From assembly GCA_023458375.1 (NCBI GenBank), contig JAEWZT010000006.1, positions 17,581 through 81,580 on the forward strand: 64,000 bases of DNA, in the 5' to 3' direction. The notes beneath the pieces are model-generated. The model made no database searches, was not told where the DNA came from, and worked only from the letters and a program-made list of their open reading frames with translations. The position numbers were made by a program, and so were the translations under genes. The stretch's first letter is position 1, and every line of letters begins with the position of its first letter. This DNA is from Bacillota bacterium (lineage in GTDB: Bacteria; Bacillota; Clostridia; Christensenellales; CAG-314). This document shows positions 1-8,671 of this stretch, piece by piece.

Positions 1-495
1 AGGGGGCGTTTTTATTTTGTCAAGCAGGGCGTAAAGCAGTATTGACAGCGCCAAAACATGAAGCACATTAAAGTTTATTGAGCCGCCGAGGTTTACCGCT
101 TCAATAAAGTTTAGCCCCCACACCGCAAGGGAAAGCGCAATCGCCGCCACGGCAAGTTTAAGACCCCTCGCCAAATTATTTTTGGAAAAAGCGCAGCTTA
201 TTCCGCTTATGACGCAAAACATCGCCACAAAAAAATCGTGCAGATAGCTGCGCATATGCCCCAAAAGGTTTTGCCCCGTAGCGCGGCTGTTAAACAGGTA
301 AGCCTGCGCAAAATGCCTCAGAGCCAGCCCCGCATCGCTTGACAGGCTGGACTTGCTTACAAAAACCGCCATGTCAAACATAAAGTGGTCAAATACCACC
401 AGCAGAATAAGCAGCCCCCTTAAAAAATCTATTTCCCAAATGCGGCCGCTTTTATTTAATTTAAGTTCGTTACTTTTAAGCGCTTTTAAAGTCAA
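1..495 (-). CDS. Partial DUF1624 / acyltransferase-like integral membrane protein; the 3' end runs off the left edge
   Basis: This ORF is not in the track because it has no stop inside the window. My minus-strand translation reads TLKALKSNELKLNKSGRIWEIDFLRGLLILLVVFDHFMFDMAVF...LSILLYALLDKIKTPP. The R-x-x-EIDFLRG...DH N-terminal signature and hydrophobic body resemble DUF1624 / heparan-alpha-glucosaminide N-acetyltransferase-like proteins. No in-frame ATG lies upstream of the motif. The likely start is TTG at 495..493, which overlaps the mnmA TGA as TTGA, with AGAGGA about 9 nt upstream. Confidence 0.5.
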   Translation of the reverse strand, partial: MTLKALKSNELKLNKSGRIWEIDFLRGLLILLVVFDHFMFDMAVFVSKSSLSSDAGLALRHFAQAYLFNSRATGQNLLGHMRSYLHDFFVAMFCVISGISCAFSKNNLARGLKLAVAAIALSLAVWGLNFIEAVNLGGSINFNVLHVLALSILLYALLDKIKTPP

Positions 496-1571
496 CTCAA
501 TATTTCCTCTACAACGCCGCCGCCTAAACAAAAATTGTCTTTGTATAACACGGCAAATTGTCCCAAGGCAAGGGCGCGCTGTTTTTCTCTCGCTATTATT
601 CTGCACCTGTCTTGGCTTAATATTTCAACGGTAACGCTTTGCTCCTTTTGGCGGTGGCGGAACCTGCATTGACATTCAAAAGTTTTTTCATGGGGAATAC
701 TGGGTATCCAGTTAAAAGCGCCCGCCACGCACCCGCCGTCGTAAAGGGCACTCTCGTCGCCGTGGGATACTATTAAGCGGTTGTTATGCAAATCTTTGTC
801 AAGCACAAACCATCTGCCCTCAATGCCGTCGCCGCAGCCGCCTAAACCCAAGCCCTTTCTCTGACCTCTGGTATATAGCATAAGCCCTTTGTGCTTTGCA
901 AGGACGTTTCCTTTTACGTCGGTAATATCCCCTTGGGCGCAATTTAGGTAACGCGACAAAAAGTCGGGAAAGTTTCTTTCCCCGATAAAACATACCCCCG
1001 TGCTGTCTTTGCGTTTGGCGCTCGCAAGCCCCGCCGACAGCGCAATTTCCCTCACCTGCGGCTTATTAAGTTTTTCTAAGGGAAAAAGTGCCTTGCTCAA
1101 TTGGTATTGGTTGAGCTGGCACAAAAAATACGTTTGGTCTTTGTTTTCGTCCGCCGCTTTAAGCAGCAAATGCTCTTTTTCGCCGTGAAAAACGCCCGCA
1201 TAATGCCCCGTAGCTATATAATCCGCGTTTAGCGTCAAGGCAAAGTCTAAAAAAGGACCGAATTTAATTTCTCTGTTGCATAAAACGTCGGGGTTGGGCG
1301 TTAACCCTTTTGAATAATCTGATATAAACTGATTAAAAACTTTTTCTTTATACTGCTTTGAGTAATTTACCGAATAGTAAGGTATGTCAAGTTTTTCGCA
1401 TACTTTCTTGACATAGTCAAAGTCCTCTTCGGCGGTACAGACGCCTTTTCCGTCAACCTCCTCCCAGTTATGCATAAAAAGCCCGATTACCTCGTGCCCC
1501 TGCCTTTTAAGAAGAAGTCCCGCAACGGCGCTGTCCACCCCGCCGCTTATTCCAAGCACAATTCTTGCCAT
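492..1571 (-). CDS. mnmA: tRNA-specific 2-thiouridylase MnmA
   Basis: PP-loop MARIVLGISGGVDSAVAG at the N-terminus. The 359 aa are collinear with MnmA (NPDVLCNREIKF, DQTYFL). ATG verified at 1571. Confidence 0.95.
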   Translation of the reverse strand: MARIVLGISGGVDSAVAGLLLKRQGHEVIGLFMHNWEEVDGKGVCTAEEDFDYVKKVCEKLDIPYYSVNYSKQYKEKVFNQFISDYSKGLTPNPDVLCNREIKFGPFLDFALTLNADYIATGHYAGVFHGEKEHLLLKAADENKDQTYFLCQLNQYQLSKALFPLEKLNKPQVREIALSAGLASAKRKDSTGVCFIGERNFPDFLSRYLNCAQGDITDVKGNVLAKHKGLMLYTRGQRKGLGLGGCGDGIEGRWFVLDKDLHNNRLIVSHGDESALYDGGCVAGAFNWIPSIPHEKTFECQCRFRHRQKEQSVTVEILSQDRCRIIAREKQRALALGQFAVLYKDNFCLGGGVVEEILS

Positions 1572-1805
1572 AATTTACTTTTTAAGTTTTGCCTTAATTT
1601 TTGGCGTTGTCTTTGCTAAGGCAAAAAACCTTGCCGATTTTTTAGTTTATTATAAAATAATTTGCAAAATACTTAAAGCGTCGGCTTTAAAAAAATGCTT
1701 TGCATTTTTGCTTTTAAGTATTGCCGTTATTTTGCTTTTTTATTTTTGCTTTTTTTAGCTTTTAAGCCGCGTATTATCTATAAGCCGCTAAATTTAGTCT
1801 TTTAA

Positions 1806-3266
1806 TTAAATCTTTTGCTTTTTGGCTATAACTTTTAAAACGTTTATAAACTCCTCATTGCTTCCCGTGCTCATTAAAATATCTAAAAGCTGTTCTGTGG
1901 CTTCCACCGTTTCCGTTCTTGACAGCGAACGCCTTATCATCCACATGCCTTCAAGCTGAGCCTGCGTCAAAAGCATTTCCTCGCGGCGCGTCCCGCTTTT
2001 AGCAAGGTCAATGGCGGGGAATATTCTTTTTTCGCTCATCTTTCTGTCAAGGTGGATTTCCATATTGCCCGTGCCCTTAAACTCTTCGTAAATAATATCG
2101 TCCATTTTGCTTCCCGTGTCAATTAAGGCGGTGGCTAAAATGGTAAGGCTGCCTTTTCCTATTACCTTTCTGCCCGCGCCAAAGAAACGCTTAGGTTCTT
2201 GCAGCGCGGAAATGTCAAGACCGCCCGTCATTGTTCTGCCGCTGTTTACCGCAAGCTGGTTGTAAGCCCTGCCAAGGCGGGTGATGCTGTCAAGCAAAAT
2301 CATTACGTCTTGACCCATTTCCACCTTTCTTTTTGCGCTTGCAAGCACAAGTTCCGCCGTTTGGACGTGGTGCTGGGGCGACTGGTCAAAGGTTGAATAA
2401 GCCACTTCGCAGTCAACGCTTTGCTTAAAGTCGGTAACTTCTTCGGGGCGCTCGTCAATTAAAAGCACCGAAACGCTTATTTCGGGGTGATTAGCCCTTA
2501 CCGCCTGCGCTATTTTTTTAAGTAATATAGTTTTGCCCGTTTTGGGCGCGGCAACGATAAGGCCTCTTTGACCTTTCCCTATTGGGGATACAAGGTCAAT
2601 TAAGCGTAGGGAATATTCCGTTTTGTCTCTTTCAAGCAAGATTCTTTCGTTGGGATAGCAGGAAGTTAAATCTTCAAAACGTTCTCTGCGCCCGTATTCT
2701 TCGCAGGGCACGTCGTTAATTGTAAAAATATAAATTAATGAGGGCAGGCTTTTTTCACGGAAAGCGCGCGCCTTGCAATATAATTTATCTCCCGGTCTTA
2801 AAGAAAACCTTTTTATTTGAGTTGGGGGGACGTAAATGTCCTGGTTGCTGCTGTTGAAGTTTTCCACCCTCAAAAAACCGTAGCCCTCGGGCAGAATTTC
2901 AAGTATCCCAGTCGCAAAAATGTTTGCGTCGGGGGCAAGCTGGGGCGTTTCTTCCTCGTCGGAAGACGCAAAGGACTGCGTTTGCTCTTTTTCCGTTTCC
3001 TGCGGGTTTTCAAGCTCAATTTCGGGCGCGGCTATTTTATCGTCGGCAGTTGGCATAACCGACGGAAATTTCGTGGTTCTTAACGCAGGCCTGCCTTTTT
3101 TAGAGGGGGGCGCGGGGGGCATAGAACCTTCTTTTATGGCTACAATCAATTCGATAAGTTCTTCTTTTTTCTTACTGGTAGGGCTTTTTACCCCTACTTC
3201 TCTTCCCAGCGTCCGTAAATCGGCAAGCAGCATATTTGACAAAGTGTTGCGTGAAAAATCTGACAT
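1806..3266 (-). CDS. rho: Transcription termination factor Rho, with a Pro/Glu-rich N-terminal insertion
   Basis: Rho_N-like start ([17 protein letters not shown]), RNA-binding region ([14 protein letters not shown]), Walker A ([15 protein letters not shown]) and the C-terminal RecA-type ATPase. GGAGG RBS before ATG 3266. Confidence 0.95.
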   Translation of the reverse strand: MSDFSRNTLSNMLLADLRTLGREVGVKSPTSKKKEELIELIVAIKEGSMPPAPPSKKGRPALRTTKFPSVMPTADDKIAAPEIELENPQETEKEQTQSFASSDEEETPQLAPDANIFATGILEILPEGYGFLRVENFNSSNQDIYVPPTQIKRFSLRPGDKLYCKARAFREKSLPSLIYIFTINDVPCEEYGRRERFEDLTSCYPNERILLERDKTEYSLRLIDLVSPIGKGQRGLIVAAPKTGKTILLKKIAQAVRANHPEISVSVLLIDERPEEVTDFKQSVDCEVAYSTFDQSPQHHVQTAELVLASAKRKVEMGQDVMILLDSITRLGRAYNQLAVNSGRTMTGGLDISALQEPKRFFGAGRKVIGKGSLTILATALIDTGSKMDDIIYEEFKGTGNMEIHLDRKMSEKRIFPAIDLAKSGTRREEMLLTQAQLEGMWMIRRSLSRTETVEATEQLLDILMSTGSNEEFINVLKVIAKKQKI

Positions 3267-3530
3267 ATTATTCCTCCGAACAATAGATATATATTTTATA
3301 AAGTGTAATCACAAAAGGATATACAAAGGCAATATACGGACAAAAAGTCCGCATTGCTTTAAAATGCTTTTGTAAATAATTATGTGTGTGGTAACAGTGA
3401 CCTTACAGGGATGGGTATCAATTCAAACTACGATAGTATTATATCGGGTTTGATTTTTTTTGTCAAACAAATATCTTCAATAATATCATAGTAAGAATTG
3501 CCCCTTAAAATGATAAAAATAAAGATATGT

Positions 3531-3554
3531 AAAAGGAAAGCAAGCGCTTTCCTT
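3531..3554 (-). terminator. Intrinsic terminator-like hairpin downstream of ypeB
   Basis: On the minus strand: AAGGAAAGC-GCTT-GCTTTCCTT followed by TT. It begins about 10 nt after the ypeB stop. Confidence 0.45.
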
Positions 3555-3563
3555 AATCAAAAA

Positions 3564-5246
3564 TTACATTACATAGCTGCCGAATTCAGACTTTACCACT
3601 TTAAGAATATCCCTTTCGGTGTAGTCTTTTGCGTCTATATAAATATAGAAAGTGTCTTTTCCTCTTGTGGTAATAAACTCATAGCAGATATATTCGTTTG
3701 CGCATTCGTCGGGAATAATCGCCCTGCCCCTGTTTTGCATTGTAAGCTTGGGGTGCAGCCTGCTTGCCGCTTTGGCGTATTCATCGTATTTTTGAGGGAA
3801 ATTACGCTGCTTGTGGTTTACAAGATAGGAAAAAGCGTCAAAGGAAACAACTCTTCCGCTCTTTACGTCAATGGCTGTTTTAATCATGTCGGGGTAAACT
3901 TTCACTCCCCCTTCCGTTACATAAATCAAATTGACGTAAACTACGCCCTGCGTTTCTTCGCTGACCCACATAGTTTTTACGTCGTAACCTAAGCTTGCGG
4001 CAAAGTTTTTTGCAATTGCGGGGTAGTCTGTGCTATGCGCGGCGGCTTCAATGAGGTTGTAGCCGTTTATCTGTAAAAACCTGCCGTCAACGGTAAGCAT
4101 AATGCTGTATTTGCTTCCGTCGGCGCAAACGGCGTTGTAAACGTAAACTGTCGCCTCGTTATCCACTTTTTCCTCGTAAGCCACTTCAACTATGCCATAA
4201 GAGACTAACGCTGAAAGTATTTTTGATTTTCCTTCTTCTTCCGTTATGCTTTTGCCCATTTTAATTTCGCCTTTTTTGGCGTCGGAAAAGGGTCCGTCAT
4301 AAATTAAAGCGGGGTATTCAAACAGCGTTGAAAACTCTTCCGAGCCGTTTTCTCCGCCCCCATTAGAAAAGGAAAAATTAAAATCGCCTTTTTTGGCGGC
4401 GTCCCTCAATTGTTCTTGAAAACTATCGGCAATATCGCCCAATTCGCTTAAACGGGTACGGTCGGCTTCTTTAAGGTTTCTGCCTCCCTTTATTTGCTTT
4501 GCAAGGCAGACGCAGTAATCGGACACTTGGTTGGTAAAGCGCAAGGCTCCCTGAACCGATTCGCTTGAATAGTCTACGGGCAAAAGCGTTAAATCTGCGG
4601 CGCAGGCGGAAGCGTATCTTTCGCTTTCAAGCAAATACCTGTGAACGCTTGAAGAACCGTTTGCGACGCTTACCTTTTCTAAGGCGCTGTGCAGATTGTT
4701 CATGCTGTCGGAAAGAGAATACATAATCTCTTTATACAGGTTTTCCAGCAGCAATTTATAATCGGTTTCGCCGTTAACGCCGTTAGGTTCCGTTGTGCCG
4801 TTTCCGTTAGTGCCGTTTCCGTTAGTGCCGTTTCCGCTAGTTCCGTTTCCGTTTGGAACTGTTGTTCCGTTCCCATTGGGATTAGTAGTTCCGTTTCCGC
4901 TAGCTCCGTTTCCGCTAGCTCCGTTTCCGTTTGGAACTGTTGTTCCGTTTCCATTAGGATTAGTCGTTCCATTACCATTTGGGTTAGCGGTTCCGTTTCC
5001 ATTTGGTTCGGTTGTGCCGTTACCATTGGGGTTAGTCATCCCATTACCATTGGGATTGGTTGTGCCGTTCCCGTTGCCGTTACCGTTGGGGTAAGGCTCG
5101 GTTAAAAAGGGTGGGTTATTGTCAACATAATTTCCGTAGTTTCTAAAAGCCACGCCGCCCAAGGCAAGATAAACGCATAAAGCTATCGCAAGAACTGCCA
5201 CGATTGATAAAAATATCAGCCAGGCGCGTTGAACCGCTAATCTCAT
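3564..5246 (-). CDS. ypeB: Germination protein YpeB-like: N-terminal TM anchor, long NG-rich repeat linker, PepSY-type C-terminal domains
   Basis: Single N-terminal TM helix (LIFLSIVAVLAIALCVYLALGG). The C-terminal half resembles YpeB/PepSY. The gene lies directly downstream of sleB, as in Bacillus sleB-ypeB. GAGGAGG RBS; the ATG at 5246 overlaps the preceding ORF stop as ATGA. Confidence 0.8.
   Translation of the reverse strand: MRLAVQRAWLIFLSIVAVLAIALCVYLALGGVAFRNYGNYVDNNPPFLTEPYPNGNGNGNGTTNPNGNGMTNPNGNGTTEPNGNGTANPNGNGTTNPNGNGTTVPNGNGASGNGASGNGTTNPNGNGTTVPNGNGTSGNGTNGNGTNGNGTTEPNGVNGETDYKLLLENLYKEIMYSLSDSMNNLHSALEKVSVANGSSSVHRYLLESERYASACAADLTLLPVDYSSESVQGALRFTNQVSDYCVCLAKQIKGGRNLKEADRTRLSELGDIADSFQEQLRDAAKKGDFNFSFSNGGGENGSEEFSTLFEYPALIYDGPFSDAKKGEIKMGKSITEEEGKSKILSALVSYGIVEVAYEEKVDNEATVYVYNAVCADGSKYSIMLTVDGRFLQINGYNLIEAAAHSTDYPAIAKNFAASLGYDVKTMWVSEETQGVVYVNLIYVTEGGVKVYPDMIKTAIDVKSGRVVSFDAFSYLVNHKQRNFPQKYDEYAKAASRLHPKLTMQNRGRAIIPDECANEYICYEFITTRGKDTFYIYIDAKDYTERDILKVVKSEFGSYVM
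4770..5087 (-). repeat. In-frame tandem repeat encoding about 14 copies of NGNGTT(N/E/V)P-like units inside ypeB
   Basis: The protein reads PNGNGNGNGTTNPNGNGMTNPNGNGTTEPNGNGTANPNGNGTTNPNGNGTTVPNGNGASGNGASGNGTTNPNGNGTTVPNGNGTSGNGTNGNGTNGNGTTEPNG (aa 54-159). The DNA shows reiterated ccgtttccgtt(a/t)g units. The other-frame ORFs in the track (4689..5105, 4700..5026, 4795..5094) are artefacts of this repeat. Confidence 0.9.
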
Positions 5247-5458
5247 AATTTATCCTCCTCAATTATATAGGTGCGCAAATCTTTGTCGGGCATCATTTGC
5301 CCCCTTCTCATTTCACTTGCGGGAGGGTTATTGTCAGCATAATTTCCGTAGTCTCTAAAAGCCATGCCCCCTAAGGCAAGATAAACGCATAAAGCTATTG
5401 CAAGAGCCGCAATTACGCCTACAAATATTGTCCAGCCGCGATAAATTGTTAATTTCAT
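5243..5458 (-). CDS. 71-aa single-TM protein, a paralogous copy of the YpeB N-terminus
   Basis: MKLTIYRGWTIFVGVIAALAIALCVYLALGGMAFRDYGNYADNNPP aligns with the YpeB N-terminus MRLAVQRAWLIFLSIVAVLAIALCVYLALGGVAFRNYGNYVDNNPP. Strong RBS TAAGGAGGAAAAAAT before ATG 5458, 12 nt after the sleB stop. Confidence 0.55.
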   Translation of the reverse strand: MKLTIYRGWTIFVGVIAALAIALCVYLALGGMAFRDYGNYADNNPPASEMRRGQMMPDKDLRTYIIEEDKL

Positions 5459-5470
5459 ATTTTTTCCTCC

Positions 5471-6157
5471 TTACGCGCAAAAGACGTGTTTGCCTATGGT
5501 GGTTACCACTCTTTTATTTCTAATCCAGCTTGACGTCGCCGTTAAGGGATTATAATAAAATAAGCAGCCGTAAGTGGGGTCCCAGCCGTTCATGGCGTCC
5601 TGCGCGGCGCGGGTGCATTCGTCGGTAGTGCCTAAATTGATTTGTCCGTCGCTTACGCAGGTAAAAGCTCCCTGCTGATAAATTACGCCCGCTATGGTGT
5701 TGGGGAAGCTGCTGCTTTTGACGCGGTTAAGCACCACCGCCGCAACGGCGACTTTGCCTGTATAACTTTCGCCCCTAGCCTCGCCGTAAACGCAACAAGA
5801 AAGCAGATATAAGTCGGAAGACGAGCTTGAACTCCCTCCCGAAGTGCCCGAACTTGACGAAGTTAAAGACATTCCCAGCGCCGAAGCGGTTTTCTTTCCC
5901 ACTACTCCGTCCGCCGACAGACCGTTTGTGCGCTGAAACTTTTTGACTGCCGCGGTGGTTTTTGCGCCGTAGATGCCGTCAACGCCTCCCGCGTAGTAGC
6001 CCCAGCGTTTGAGCTTAGTTTGCACGGTTGAAACCAAGCTTCCTCTGCTGCCCTGCTTTAACACCGCCGCGTCGGCTTGACCGCTGGGCACAGCGACCAC
6101 CAGACAGGCGGACATAATAAATATCAAGGCGAGCAAAAAGCAAATTTTCTTTCGCAT
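5471..6157 (-). CDS. sleB: Spore cortex-lytic enzyme SleB-like (signal peptide + PG_binding_1 + Hydrolase_2/SleB domain)
   Basis: Signal peptide MRKKICFLLALIFIMSACLV. Peptidoglycan-binding repeat (GSRGSLVSTVQTKLKRWGYYAGGVDGIYGAKTTAAVKKFQRTNGL). SleB/CwlJ catalytic-domain motifs (VYGEARGESYTGKVAVAAVVLNRV, QQGAFTCVSDG). AGGAG RBS. Confidence 0.85.
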   Translation of the reverse strand: MRKKICFLLALIFIMSACLVVAVPSGQADAAVLKQGSRGSLVSTVQTKLKRWGYYAGGVDGIYGAKTTAAVKKFQRTNGLSADGVVGKKTASALGMSLTSSSSGTSGGSSSSSSDLYLLSCCVYGEARGESYTGKVAVAAVVLNRVKSSSFPNTIAGVIYQQGAFTCVSDGQINLGTTDECTRAAQDAMNGWDPTYGCLFYYNPLTATSSWIRNKRVVTTIGKHVFCA

Positions 6158-6666
6158 AGATTTCTACTCCTTTTTTTCTTTTAGTATTTGAATTATCGCA
6201 AAAAGATATGCTAAAAGGCTTTTTCCCCCATTTTTTGATAGCCGAGGCTTATAATTGTAATTTAGAAGCAAGTTATTTAATCTTTTCCCTGCGCAGATGC
6301 GCACGCGCGGATTGCCCGCGCGGATTTATTTTTTTACGCTTTTAATCTTGCCGATTTTAAAGCAAACATAAATATTTTTTTAAAATCATTTTAAAACATT
6401 GCCATAATCACGAAATAAGTAAAGCAAATACGTTAAACGCGAAAAAGGTGCGTCAAATATAAATAAGGCGGGTAACTAAACGCAAAGCTCAAAATAACTT
6501 AATAACTTTATAATTTCCTGCTTACGCCTTATAGTTGCAAACCGTGCGCGCGAAAACATAAAACGATTTTAATTTTAAAGGGTTGGGGGGCAAGCGCAGT
6601 TCTGCCGCTAAATAATGTAAGCCTGCCCCCGCCCTTTAAAGGAGGAAAACAATGAAAAAGTAAAAA

Positions 6667-7212
6667 TTACTTTTCAGAGCTGTAAAACTTTTCTATAATT
6701 TCTTTGAGTTTTGAAACGTAATAAAATCCCTGCGAGTTTAAGTCCTCTTTGCCTATAAAGCATAAAGGCGGATAAACTACGCACCACCAGTTGTCGCCCT
6801 TTGCGTTTCCAAGCTCAATAATTAGGCTGTCGTAAACGCCTGCGGAAAGCGTTCTGCCGCCGTAGCTGCGCGACGGAAAGTTCTCGCGCGTTACGCTCGC
6901 CTTAACGCCGTAATCGTAACCGTTTTCGGCAAGCGTTTTACGGCATGTTTCCTCAATGCCGCTAAGCCTTTGGCGCACTGCGCTTAATGCTTCTTCCTTT
7001 GTGCGGACTTGCGCCAAAAAGGGCGTAAGGTAACTTACTACTTGGCTTTTGACCAGATACTTGACCTCTTGGTCGGCGCTTTCATTGCTGTTTGCCCTAA
7101 TATGTATCCTCAAATATCTTGCGTTGTCGCTTGAAAAATCCCCGCAAAGGACAATGGGCACAAGCAAAGCCAAAAAAATTACCGCCAAAAGAAAAAGTTT
7201 TTTTGAGTTCAT
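6667..7212 (-). CDS. spoIIR: Stage II sporulation protein R (SpoIIR)
   Basis: YLRIHIRANSNESADQEVKYLVKSQVV ... NWWCVVYPPLCF are SpoIIR signatures. I moved the start to ATG 7212 (MNSKKLFLLAVIF, a signal/TM sequence), which is preceded by GGGAGAAACA. The track's longer ORF (to 7299) adds an unlikely 29 aa. Confidence 0.85.
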   Translation of the reverse strand: MNSKKLFLLAVIFLALLVPIVLCGDFSSDNARYLRIHIRANSNESADQEVKYLVKSQVVSYLTPFLAQVRTKEEALSAVRQRLSGIEETCRKTLAENGYDYGVKASVTRENFPSRSYGGRTLSAGVYDSLIIELGNAKGDNWWCVVYPPLCFIGKEDLNSQGFYYVSKLKEIIEKFYSSEK

Positions 7213-7339
7213 ATTGTTTCTCCCGCTTATTGCCCCGCAGTTTAATGCGGCGCAAATAAAAAATGCACATAGATTATGCGCATTTAATTCTTTCTGCAAC
7301 GGAAGAAAAAACCGATATTTAAAAATTACTTGTCGTAAT

Positions 7340-8194
7340 TTAGTTTATTTCTATCGCGCGAGGAGTGCTTTTGAGCGCATAGGAATTAAATCCCTCATCT
7401 TTGAGTTTTTGCGCGTTATATTCCGCATCCTCTTGACTTTGGCATAAAATAAAGAAATTGCCGCCGCTTCCCGTCATTACGGGCGCAGGCAAGCATAGTT
7501 TGCCGCAGGCGTTTATAATTTCTTTTAATTTGCCATTAAGCCTTACCGCCGCGCTCTGCAAATTATTGCCCAAATATTTTTGCGCGCTTTTAATGTTGCC
7601 CTCAAAGAGGCTCCTTACAAGCTTTTCGCCGTCAAAAAAAGTATGGTCGGGCATTTTGTCAAAGGCGGCAAAAACGTCTTTTGTAAGCATAGGCTCGCCC
7701 TCAATTAGGGTAAAATGCAGCGTTTTTGTAAAATCGTAATAAGTAACGTCATCGCCCTTGCCTTGCAAAAGCGCAAGCCCCCCCGCCGTTAAATAGGCAA
7801 TGTCGCTTCCCTGCCTTGCGGCGATTTCAAGCATCTTTTTATCAATGGGCAAATTGTAAAGCGCCGCCATGCCGGCAATCACCCCCGCAGCCGCCGCGCT
7901 GCTTCCGCCCATGCCGCCGCAAAGGGGAACGCCCTTTACGACGCTTATATCGGCTCCCGTAACGCTAAAATTGCTGACAATAGCTTTTGCAACGTCTTGC
8001 GCCGTCTTGCCGCCAAAGGCGCTGCCCAAAAGAGAAAGATTAATTTCATTGTCCTGCCGCCTTGACAGCGTAACTGTGTCAAAGACGCTTACCGTCGTTA
8101 CAACGCTTGAAAGGCTGTGGTAGCTGTCGCCGTAAGCGCCCGTAACGTTAAGATTAAGATTAAGCTTTCCGTAAGCTTTTACTTTTACGCTCAT
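7340..8194 (-). CDS. ispE: 4-diphosphocytidyl-2-C-methyl-D-erythritol kinase IspE
   Basis: GHMP-kinase motif GVPLCGGMGGSSAAAAG. The N-terminus KAYGKLNLNLNV is typical of IspE. 284 aa. Confidence 0.9.
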   Translation of the reverse strand: MSVKVKAYGKLNLNLNVTGAYGDSYHSLSSVVTTVSVFDTVTLSRRQDNEINLSLLGSAFGGKTAQDVAKAIVSNFSVTGADISVVKGVPLCGGMGGSSAAAAGVIAGMAALYNLPIDKKMLEIAARQGSDIAYLTAGGLALLQGKGDDVTYYDFTKTLHFTLIEGEPMLTKDVFAAFDKMPDHTFFDGEKLVRSLFEGNIKSAQKYLGNNLQSAAVRLNGKLKEIINACGKLCLPAPVMTGSGGNFFILCQSQEDAEYNAQKLKDEGFNSYALKSTPRAIEIN

Positions 8195-8671
8195 AGCATC
8201 AATTTACCATAACGCCGCGTTTTTAACAACACATAGATAACAATTACTTCAACAGACGCAAAAAAGGATAAATTGAAAGTGCCGCCAACGCAATCATTAT
8301 AACCGAGTAGTTTCATAACTGAAATAAAATCAAAAACAAAAACATATTTTTTACAGCTTTAAGCCCGCTCCCGCTAACGCCGTTTTTTCTTAGCGTTTTT
8401 TTGCCCAAAAACAGGACAGCCTTTGCGGCGCGGAATAAAGCGCAATGCCTGAGATAACTCCGAACTATGCCAAACCGCGCTAAATCTTAGTTAAGCTAAT
8501 AAAACCTTAAAATTATAAAGTGCTTTGAATGCAAAAGAGCGGCAGAATAGAATAATACTTAATTAAGAAGTATTTTTAAATTAAAAAACGCGTAAAAAGA
8601 AAACTCCTCTCCGTTTAGGAAAAGAGTTTCTTTTTTATGCCCTTGCCTTTTGCCGACTTTGCGGCTGAGCT

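Noticed and set aside
4689-5105. Three extra ORFs (4689..5105 +, 4700..5026 -, 4795..5094 +) across the ypeB repeat
   Set aside because: They are alternative-frame or opposite-strand readings of the same 24-nt tandem repeat. Their products are monotonous (VSVS.., PFPL.., ETEL..). They are artefacts of repeat periodicity.
8372-8402. Plus-strand terminator-like hairpins in minus-strand intergenic regions (CGCTAA/TTAGCG + T7 here; also GCGCAA/TTGCGC + T5 at 20382..20408)
   Set aside because: The stems are short (6 bp) with large loops and have no upstream plus-strand gene or promoter. They are weaker than the hairpin at 6314..6345, which I did report. They are probably fortuitous or act as insulators.
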